Virus record (IMG/VR): IMGVR_UViG_2534681993_000012
DNA: 26,398 nucleotides
Reading direction: 5' to 3' (one strand)
Source: a virus
Taxonomy: Duplodnaviria; Heunggongvirae; Uroviricota; Caudoviricetes
The notes under the pieces are model-generated. The model worked only from the letters and a program-made list of their open reading frames with translations. It searched no databases and was not told the DNA's origin. Numbering within the stretch: position 1 is the first letter of the stretch; every line of letters begins with the position of its first letter. The position numbers and the translations under genes were made by a program. This document shows positions 19,101-24,510 of the stretch, piece by piece.

Positions 19101-19564
19101 GGGTGCTAGTATCTGGTATCCAGCAGGGCGATGCTGCATTCTATCTTGGTGCGCTTGGCACGATTGCGCTTGGCTCAATGGTCTATATGATGAAACAGAA
19201 GTTAAGCGGTCGCGATATCGACTACAGCTGGAATAACCTTGTGAAAGAGGGGATCGACCGGGGCGGAATGCTTGGCTGGCTCTCTGAGCCGCTGAATACC
19301 GTTGAGAACATAAGCGGCGGTAGGTTTGGTCTTGGCGCGATGTTTGGTGCGCCTCCGGTATCAAGGTTTCAGAGTCGTAATGCTATTGGTGCTTTACTTG
19401 GTCCTACCTTTGATCTTGGCGGTGATGCCGCGACGGTTGCGAATGGTGTACTTAACGGAGAATTTGACAGCCAGCAAACCCACGCGGTCCGTAAAATGCT
19501 ACCTTTTCAGAACCTGTGGGCGATATCACCGTTACTAAATAAAGTTGAAGAGCAGATGAAATAG
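16175..19564 (+). CDS. largest internal core or ejection protein (1129 aa; coiled-coil-rich)
   Basis: TAATG coupling; long charged heptad regions (KLQARMMKESSDLKTRLDDIAQAK...); last gene of the coupled operon, stop TAG 19562-19564. Confidence 0.8.
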   Translation: MPIYEQDPKELLGEDIQQIAAPDDSNFYMETPSLLSAVNPFTSDQRVQRSRQAAFRIDNTLGSFIASAPFSQFDRVEGYNPFDNDAADIKGYEDFADSFINSGSHEETMAIKHRIDKQRTDREYLSEMGGAGTISSLAMGMIDPVNVAAMFIPVGAVARGGSIAETAGRFALANAAGGGVSEAALQATQEARSPMESVSNVVVDALVGGILGAGAQLLAGPSAREAVVNSVGNHLRGMDSPQSIGAAQVFNTTLDQEQLAGLGLANKTLSVTPAGRLAQSPSLVSRQINQQLAENNYFFAKNDEGLATFTAVETKIKQYDAMLYKQMEATRDAYQQYSKSVSARGVKRMNFIDFNEAVGMAMRRGDQSDIPEVSQAAARIRPIFETTKARMQELGILPEDIDVVTAKSYLPRIYKFDKILSDRTEFRGRIANWIQGISAKGADKAGQRIERINSLLKTAEESAPRADALASEIAEAEKWSGKKILLMEELDKRNKLISQETDTQARLTRIEKELAETSSEKLQARMMKESSDLKTRLDDIAQAKSELPVYQRHMELLDNPRKYRSELRRLQKRANSTTRLNASRERALKQMEPLSREEAEDAADEIVNKIIGAPSGLVPADIIPERLVGRAGFTKSRTLLIPDERIEDFLESDVNYIMESYLRQVAPEIELTAQFGRKDMGEQIRQVSEEYTRLIKEAKTPKRRAVLEKQREADIRDITAMRDRLLGTYGAPQDPRSFFVRAGRVARNINFLRLLGGMTVSAATDLMRPMMQHGLRKSLGPMVSMLKNMDSVKIATRDLREMAVGLDYVLSTRTKAIADLTDPYSRRSAAERGLNWMTQKFGNWTLMNQWNSALKSWSGMIVQSRILDAARQVSAGGTLSKSEMRKMAQVGINEDVLRRIGEQFGKHGEDMDGLLTGHSHLWDDRFAREIFQSAVLKDVDSVIVTPGVGDTPLFFSKEGWKMITQFKTFIFAQHNRVLVSGIQQGDAAFYLGALGTIALGSMVYMMKQKLSGRDIDYSWNNLVKEGIDRGGMLGWLSEPLNTVENISGGRFGLGAMFGAPPVSRFQSRNAIGALLGPTFDLGGDAATVANGVLNGEFDSQQTHAVRKMLPFQNLWAISPLLNKVEEQMK

Positions 19565-20005
19565 CTATTCACAATTAGTGATGGCGTATGTATCAAATAT
19601 ATTGCCATCACTAAATACATACCTATACTCAATCTCTCCGCCAAGGTGAATAAATGCTTTCATTTGCCTGTTGGAGCAAATGCTCGATTTTGAATAATTT
19701 CGCATTACACTCTTTAATTTATTTTCTAAGGTTACATCACCATTATAAACTTTTGATAAATAGCTGTTGTTGTAATTAAGATGCGCTACAACTAAAAGTT
19801 TGTTTAGTATTGCATTTATTGAAACAATAGACATATTATCATTCAATTTTATGGGAAGTGACTTTCCTGCTTCTGATGCAATTTTGTTTGCATGTGCACA
19901 CATATCCTCATTTATTAAATTCTTAAAACATATGTCGTTTGCAAACGAAAAAATTGGTAGGATAAACAAAACGGTAGCTGTAATAGCGTGCATCGGCTTA
20001 ATCAT
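19565..20005 (-). CDS. secreted or periplasmic moron protein (146 aa) with Sec signal peptide; function unknown
   Basis: N-terminus MIKPMHAITATVLFILPIFSFA then NDI (signal peptide); four Cys; very AT-rich. Its stop (CTA, 19565-19567) directly abuts the stop of the 1129-aa gene. Confidence 0.55.
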   Translation of the reverse strand: MIKPMHAITATVLFILPIFSFANDICFKNLINEDMCAHANKIASEAGKSLPIKLNDNMSIVSINAILNKLLVVAHLNYNNSYLSKVYNGDVTLENKLKSVMRNYSKSSICSNRQMKAFIHLGGEIEYRYVFSDGNIFDTYAITNCE

Positions 20006-20205
20006 TAGGTGACCTTTATGTTCAAGAAGATGATCAACAGATTAATCGGTGGTAAGGAGGTTAGCAATAAAATTCAACCTCTTATCTTTAAGGATAACTT
20101 TTCAGCTTTTGAGTATGCGTGTAAGTATCTTGACACAAGCCTTTCAGCCAATAAACCAATGCCAGCCATCATCATACCTGGTCCAAGTGGGGAACAGCCA
20201 GTTTT

Positions 20206-20210
20206 GCTAG
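20206..20210. repeat. IS2 target-site duplication (GCTAG), left copy
   Basis: The same 5-mer directly flanks both IS2 ends. Confidence 0.8.
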
Positions 20211-20221
20211 TGGATTTGCCC

Positions 20222-21127
20222 CTATATTTCCAGACACCTGTTATCACTTAACCCATTACTGGCTTGCTGCCGTAGATATTCCCGTGGCGAGCGATAACCC
20301 AGTGCACTATGCGGATGCCATTCGTTATAATGCTCGAACGCCTCTGCAAGGTTCTTTGCTGCCGTTAACCCGTCTGGTTTGGGCATGACACTGATGTAGT
20401 CACGCTTTATCGTTTTCACGAAGCTCTCTGCTATGCCGTTACTCTCCGGACTCCGCACCGCCGTGCTCTTCGGTTCAAGCCCCAACATCCGGGCAAACTG
20501 CCGTGTTTCATTAGCCCGGTAGCATGAACCATTATCCGTCAGCCACTCTACTGGAGACGCCGGAAGCTCGTTGCCGAAGCGGCGTTCCACCGCTCCCAGC
20601 ATGACGTCCTGTACTGTTTCACTGTTGAAGCCGCCCGTAGTGACCGCCCAGTGCAGTGCCTCACGGTCACAGCAGTCCAGCGCGAACGTGACTCGCAGTT
20701 TTTCTCCGTTATCACAGCGGAACTCGAACCCGTCAGAGCACCATCGCTGATTACTTTCTTTCACAGCCACTCTGCCTGTATGTGCCCGTTTCGATGGCGG
20801 TACAGCAGGTTTTCGCTCAAGCAACAGCGCATTCTGGCGCATGATCCGGTAAACACGTTTGGCATTGATCGCAGGCATACCATCAAGTTCTGCCTGTCTG
20901 CGAAGCAGCGCCCATACCCGACGATAACCATACGTGGGCAGCTCTCCGATAACATGGTGTATACGGAGAAGCACATCCGTATCATCAGTGTGACGACTGC
21001 GGCGGCCATCCATCCAGTCATCGGTTCGTCTGAGAATGACGTGCAACTGCGCACGCGACACCCGGAGACAACGGCTGACTAAGCTTACTCCCCATCCCCG
21101 GGCAATAAGGGCGCGTGCGCTATCCAC
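20222..21127 (-). CDS. insD: IS2 transposase OrfB (InsD)
   Basis: 301-aa translation [23 protein letters not shown]... recognised as IS2 InsD. Overlaps insC in the -1 frame with slippery CAAAAAAG at 21127-21134 (programmed frameshift typical of the IS3 family). Confidence 0.9.
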
Positions 21128-21450
21128 TTTTTTGCCCGTCCATATTCAACGGCTTCTTTGAGGAGTTCATTTTCCATCGTTTTCTTGCCGAGCAGGCGCT
21201 GGAGTTCTTTAATCTGCTTCATGGCGGCAGCAAGTTCAGAGGCAGGAACAACCTGTTCTCCGGCGGCGACAGCAGTAAGACTTCCTTCCTGGTATTGCTT
21301 ACGCCAGAGAAATAACTGGCTGGCTGCTACACCATGTTGCCGGGCAACGAGGGAGACCGTCATCCCTGGTTCAAAGCTCTGCTGAACAATTGCGATCTTT
21401 TCCTGTGTGGTACGCCGTCTGCGTTTCTCCGGTCCTAAGACATCAATCAT
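21085..21450 (-). CDS. insC: IS2 OrfA (InsC), HTH protein
   Basis: [25 protein letters not shown]...; ATG 21450 follows GGAGA. The ORF-track extension to 21495 lacks a ribosome-binding site. Confidence 0.85.
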
Positions 21451-21541
21451 CTGCTCTCCAATGACTAGTCTAAAAACTAGTATTAAGACTATCACTTAAA
21501 TAAGTGATACTGGTTGTCTGGAGATTCAGGGGGCCAGTCTA

Positions 21542-21546
21542 GCTAG
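21542..21546. repeat. IS2 target-site duplication (GCTAG), right copy
   Basis: See left copy. Confidence 0.8.
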
Positions 21547-21800
21547 ATTCTGGAAGACAAAGGGCAATGCTGAAGGTGTGCTCAGCTGATGGTGGATTTT
21601 TTGTTATTGCCGATTCATCTTACAGCAAAGGACCAAAGCTGAGGATTGGTGATCTTGTTGCTTGGTTGCCTGTGAGTTATGCCGAAGAATTAACGGATAA
21701 AATAGAAGATCCTCGCTCCGCTATGGTTGGCTTTATATTGGGAACCATTCATCCTGAACTAACATCTACTGGCTGGAAGGGTAAAGAAAGATTTCGCAAG

Positions 21801-21816
21801 TAGCGTGACATGTCAC
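21801..21816. repeat. 16-bp motif TAGCGTGACATGTCAC (copy 2 of 2)
   Basis: Exact repeat of 444-459; here its first 3 nt are the stop codon of the IS2-disrupted gene and it is followed at once by a terminator. Confidence 0.7.
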
Positions 21817-21841
21817 AGGCCGCTTTCGCGGCCTTGTTTTT
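21817..21841 (+). terminator. intrinsic terminator
   Basis: AGGCCGC-TTTC-GCGGCCT followed by TGTTTTT. Confidence 0.6.
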
Positions 21842-22001
21842 AACGAATGCCACCGCCGCCCGGGCGGGAATCCGCAGAACGCCCACCGCAGCGGGAGCCG
21901 TCAGCGGCAGTATCGCTGTCGTGCTGACAACGACCGGCAAAGGCCTGAGTTGAAGCTACCAGAGACAACAAAACGAACAGTGCAGCAAATGCTTTTTTCA
22001 T
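21840..22001 (-). CDS. small secreted peptide (53-aa precursor; about 31-aa mature, Gly/Arg/Asp/Ser-rich with 2 Cys)
   Basis: ORF track 21840..22073; the internal start MKKAFAALFVLLSLVASTQAFA gives a canonical Sec signal peptide with AFA cleavage motif. GC-rich, unlike its neighbours. Confidence 0.45.
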   Translation of the reverse strand: MKKAFAALFVLLSLVASTQAFAGRCQHDSDTAADGSRCGGRSADSRPGGGGIR

Positions 22002-22014
22002 TGTGACATTTCCA

Positions 22015-22042
22015 TCTATAAGCCACCTCAATGTGGCGTCAA
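22015..22042 (-). promoter_or_regulatory. candidate sigma70 promoter of the small-peptide gene
   Basis: Minus strand: -35 TTGACG (22042-22037), 16-bp spacer, -10 TATAGA (22020-22015). Confidence 0.35.
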
Positions 22043-22082
22043 TGAGTGTAGCACTGACTTTTGTTTCGTCCATAAAAAACTA

Positions 22083-22595
22083 CTATGCAGGCTTTTTGGA
22101 TTTGTACGAATAATCCCACGGATAAACATTTCTACTAAGTGGGGCTGTATTCGTTCGTTCATGAAATAATTTTGTGAAATTCAATACGGAATCCATCCAA
22201 ACTTTTGCGTTAGCTTTGGTGTGTGCGGGCGGGTCCCAATAAGCTAGTAAGGCTGCATCTCTTATTTCATTGACTGCATATATGAGATATGCGTTACTGG
22301 TTGGTTTTGGCCTGTAATTTCCTTGTTCATCAATCAATCCATATGACCACTCATCCCAACACTGTTCAGTACATGAGTATGAATATGATGCATATTCACC
22401 AATATTGACATGAACCTTTCTGAGATGGAAGCCTAATACTTCGTCTGGTCTTTCAAAAAGAGTATCTTTTCCCAGATCAGGATGATGACCATGACGCCAG
22501 TGTTGTTTAAAAGCATCTTTTAGCGAAATCAGAAAGTCATCAGTTTTAAACTCACCAGTAGGTATAACCTTCCCGCTATACTCACTCAAAAACAT
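22083..22595 (-). CDS. uncharacterised protein (170 aa), distal gene of a two-gene operon; His/Cys-rich segments (HWRHGHHP, CTEQCWDEW)
   Basis: ATG 22595 follows GAGGAA; the start overlaps the last 14 nt of the upstream gene (translational coupling). No family recognised by eye. Confidence 0.6.
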   Translation of the reverse strand: MFLSEYSGKVIPTGEFKTDDFLISLKDAFKQHWRHGHHPDLGKDTLFERPDEVLGFHLRKVHVNIGEYASYSYSCTEQCWDEWSYGLIDEQGNYRPKPTSNAYLIYAVNEIRDAALLAYWDPPAHTKANAKVWMDSVLNFTKLFHERTNTAPLSRNVYPWDYSYKSKKPA

Positions 22596-22908
22596 CGAAT
22601 TCCTCTTCCTTCATATGCGTTTCTAATGAGTTAAGCTGGCGGAAAGATATCTCTTTTGATTCTGCAGATGAGAGCTTTTTTATCCGCTTTATATTCTTTG
22701 TGATAGGAATAGACATTGTATGCACATCAGCGGATGCTCTTGGCTTTGTGCTGATAAAAATATGGCGCAATGCCGCATTTTCACTATTGAACGAGCCAAT
22801 AGCTGATTTACGTGCTACAACCTTACCAGTAAAAATACGACTCTTGCTACGCTTTGCATGAGTTCCGCTTCTTACCGGACCTCTCATCACGAATCCAAGT
22901 TTTGTCAT
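22582..22908 (-). CDS. uncharacterised basic protein (108 aa), proximal gene of the two-gene operon
   Basis: ATG 22908 follows GGAGA (7-nt spacer); Lys/Arg-rich N-terminal half, acidic C-terminus; operator dyad 43-57 bp upstream. Confidence 0.6.
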   Translation of the reverse strand: MTKLGFVMRGPVRSGTHAKRSKSRIFTGKVVARKSAIGSFNSENAALRHIFISTKPRASADVHTMSIPITKNIKRIKKLSSAESKEISFRQLNSLETHMKEEEFDVFE

Positions 22909-22950
22909 CTTTAATCTCCGGTAAGTTACAGGTATAAAATAAAAACAGGT

Positions 22951-22965
22951 TTACCTTTAAGGTAA
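22951..22965. promoter_or_regulatory. operator-like dyad TTACCT-TTA-AGGTAA (perfect arms) upstream of the 108/170 operon
   Basis: Perfect 6-3-6 inverted repeat in the 5' region of the minus-strand operon. Confidence 0.6.
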
Positions 22966-23031
22966 TATTACGCGAATCTACATCACATCGCCAATGATTA
23001 TTTTAAAGGCACATCCCTGTGCCGCCGCCCG

Positions 23032-23742
23032 TCAGAAGAACCCAGCCTTGTCGTTGATGTACTCCGCGTGGGTCTGGATATCACGCAGGCATTTGCTCAC
23101 ACCGACGATGTAGCAGAACATGGTGGTCAGCTCCGCCGCCGCGCCCGATACGTCGTGCCCGTCTTCCTGTAACTGGTTCAGCAGATTCATCAGCAGTGAG
23201 TGCTCCGTCAGGCCGAGAACACCAGACGGCGAATGAATCAGGCTACGGTAGCCGGGCTTCAGTGGGGCACTGTAGGTTTTGTTCTCTATCTTCATTGCCT
23301 GCATTACTGCTGACGCCGTGGCGTTGGCTACCTGGTCGGCAACCATCTTTATGCGTTCTTCCTGCGGTAGCGAGTTTTTAATGTAACTTCCGGTGCGGCG
23401 GATCTGAGGAAGAACCTCACCTGTAACCCATTTACGAAAGCGGTAGGGGATAGTGCCTGGTGTCACCGCATCGCGGCAGCGGAGGATCAGTGTGTAGAGG
23501 CCTGACTCGGAGATGATGTTGATCTCTTTTACTCGGCTGTCAAAAATTGCACGATGTTCATGCCCTATGTTGAACATAGACCTTTCATCATCATCCAGTT
23601 TTTCAAGTGCTTGGGTGACGTTTTGGATACGCAGCGCACTACAAACGTCTTGGGCTACAAACCATGGTTGGCCATCGATAATGATGGAACGGATAGGGTT
23701 AACAGATTCAAATTTGAAGATGGCAGTTTGAGCATTAGCCAT
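23032..23742 (-). CDS. phage antirepressor, BRO-N family (N-terminal Bro-N DNA-binding domain plus C-terminal Ant-like domain)
   Basis: ORF track 23032..23757 (GTG); ATG 23742 follows GGAG. N-terminus FKFESVNPIRSIIIDGQPWFVAQDVCSALRIQN is a typical Bro-N signature; the C-terminal 80 aa are homologous to the ORF at 24058-24315. Confidence 0.85.
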   Translation of the reverse strand: MANAQTAIFKFESVNPIRSIIIDGQPWFVAQDVCSALRIQNVTQALEKLDDDERSMFNIGHEHRAIFDSRVKEINIISESGLYTLILRCRDAVTPGTIPYRFRKWVTGEVLPQIRRTGSYIKNSLPQEERIKMVADQVANATASAVMQAMKIENKTYSAPLKPGYRSLIHSPSGVLGLTEHSLLMNLLNQLQEDGHDVSGAAAELTTMFCYIVGVSKCLRDIQTHAEYINDKAGFF

Positions 23743-23770
23743 GGTGGTTATCTCCACTTAGTGATTTTAA

Positions 23771-23801
23771 TCACCACCGCAACGCCAATTACTGGTGGTG
23801 A
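23771..23801 (-). promoter_or_regulatory. 5'-leader inverted repeat of the antirepressor gene (TCACCACC / GGTGGTGA, 15-nt loop) with a third ACCACC copy abutting the start codon
   Basis: Arms at 23771-23778 and 23794-23801; a GGTGGT copy at 23743-23748 lies directly beside the start codon. Alternative pairings could expose or occlude the ribosome-binding site. Confidence 0.35.
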
Positions 23802-23896
23802 ACTGGACAAGGTTGGCGTACCGGCCTAAGTGGTACCGGCGTCCTTTCGGACCCCTGCCCAGCCCACCATAATTCGGATATGGCTGTGCTTAACGC

Positions 23897-23921
23897 ATAA
23901 AAAAACCACGTCTGGCGTGGT
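23897..23921 (-). terminator. intrinsic terminator (minus strand) between the short paralogue and the antirepressor
   Basis: Minus strand reads ACCACG-CCAGA-CGTGGT then TTTTTTTA. Confidence 0.5.
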
Positions 23922-23954
23922 ATGCGCCACTTAGTAACTCGGGACGCCAATCCC

Positions 23955-23976
23955 GGCACTGGATTTTGCCAGTGCC
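23955..23976. other. stable GC-rich hairpin (8-bp stem GGCACTGG/CCAGTGCC, 6-nt loop), no U-tract
   Basis: Perfect inverted repeat within the structured intergenic region. Confidence 0.35.
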
Positions 23977-23990
23977 CGATTACTATGGCA

Positions 23991-24044
23991 CAAGAGGAGT
24001 GCGATGTAAATTTACCGCAAAGGTAAATATAAGCACTCCTCTTG
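23991..24044. promoter_or_regulatory. nested palindrome: 12-bp arms CAAGAGGAGTGC/GCACTCCTCTTG enclosing a 30-nt loop that carries the dyad TTACCg-CAA-AGGTAA (24012-24026)
   Basis: Perfect 12-bp inverted repeat, 14 nt downstream of the short paralogue's stop; the inner dyad matches the motif family with one arm mismatch. Confidence 0.5.
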
Positions 24045-24057
24045 GTAATTTCAAATC

Positions 24058-24315
24058 TTATCTGGTTTGTTTTCGTAATTGTTCGGCACAATAGTCGAGA
24101 TGTGTTTGCAGATCCCGCATAGACATCTGTGAGCTGGTGACGTAGTTAATCAGTGCAGTCAGTTCGGCAAGTGGGCCATCGACATTAAATCCATCCTTAT
24201 CGAGATCCCGGAGTAATTTCATCAAGTGCGATCCCTCCACCAGTGACCTGACGCCTCCCGGCGTGTGAATCCTTTCGGTAAATCCGTCTTCCAGTGGATA
24301 GTGATACTGCTGCAT
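24058..24315 (-). CDS. short antirepressor paralogue (85 aa) corresponding to the C-terminal domain of the adjacent BRO-N antirepressor; LexA-controlled
   Basis: ORF track 24058..24333 (TTG); ATG 24315 follows GGAGA (8-nt spacer). HTPGGVRSLVEGSHLMKLLRDLDKDGFNVDGPLAELTALINYVTSSQMSMRDLQTHLDY aligns with the antirepressor segment HSPSGVLGLTEHSLLMNLLNQLQEDGHDVSGAAAELTTMFCYIVGVSKCLRDIQTHAEY. Confidence 0.7.
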   Translation of the reverse strand: MQQYHYPLEDGFTERIHTPGGVRSLVEGSHLMKLLRDLDKDGFNVDGPLAELTALINYVTSSQMSMRDLQTHLDYCAEQLRKQTR

Positions 24316-24334
24316 CTTATCTTCTCCATGCAAT

Positions 24335-24354
24335 AACTGTATAAATATACAGTA
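24335..24354. promoter_or_regulatory. LexA (SOS) box
   Basis: AACTGTATAAATATACAGTA: CTGT-N8-ACAG with AT-rich spacer, about 18/20 to the consensus TACTGTATATATATACAGTA; sits 10 nt upstream of the ribosome-binding site of the short paralogue. Confidence 0.75.
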
Positions 24355-24391
24355 TCAAATAATTTGTTTGCTATCCAGCACGTTTTGCGAA

Positions 24392-24406
24392 TCACCTGAA
24401 AGGTAA
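24392..24406. promoter_or_regulatory. operator-like dyad TcACCT-GAA-AGGTAA upstream of the LexA-controlled promoter
   Basis: 6-3-6 inverted repeat, one arm mismatch; lies in the divergent intergenic region between the short paralogue and the tailspike. Confidence 0.55.
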
Positions 24407-24510
24407 TATCTGTTCGTATTTATGGGTTATATATCCATATGTGGTTTTTCAGGTAATAGAATAACCGGATATGCGGCGCAACGGGTGCTGCGACTATCTG
24501 GAGATTTAAC

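Larger units (their letters stand above)
20211..21541 (-). mobile_element. IS2 (IS3 family), complete 1331-bp copy
   Basis: Ends match the IS2 termini as I recall them (TGGATTTGCCCCTATATTTCCAGAC... at 20211 and ...GGGGGCCAGTCTA at 21541). Encodes InsC and InsD, flanked by the 5-bp direct repeat GCTAG. Confidence 0.9.
20018..21803 (+). pseudogene. accessory gene of unknown function disrupted by IS2 (5' part 20018-20210, 3' part 21547-21803; intact form about 149 aa)
   Basis: ORF-track fragments 20009..20251 and 21567..21803 are in the same frame once the IS2 copy (20211-21541) and one copy of the GCTAG duplication are removed, giving ...PVLLDSGRQRAMLKVCSADGG... . ATG 20018 follows AGGTGA. Confidence 0.6.

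Noticed and set aside
4433-19564. Assigning the virion module to T7-like or P22-like phages
   Set aside because: The capsid protein does not resemble what I recall of T7 gp10, and the portal (559 aa) is far shorter than the P22-type portal. Sizes and order fit an epsilon15/phiV10-like podovirus better, but without a database search this stays tentative.
21840-22073. Longer 77-aa version of the small secreted peptide starting at 22073
   Set aside because: It would bury the signal peptide 24 residues inside the protein and has no ribosome-binding site; the internal start at 22001 is preferred, though the gene itself remains low confidence.
23789-24091. 100-aa minus-strand ORF spanning the structured intergenic region
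   Set aside because: It runs through the terminator and hairpins and overlaps the 3' end of the short antirepressor paralogue; no ribosome-binding site.
3489-24406. Interpreting the TTACCT-N3-AGGTAA dyad as NarL/NarP-type heptamers or as RNA hairpins
   Set aside because: Spacing is 6-3-6, not 7-2-7, and a 3-nt loop with AU-rich stem would make a poor RNA hairpin; a protein operator fits the positions better.
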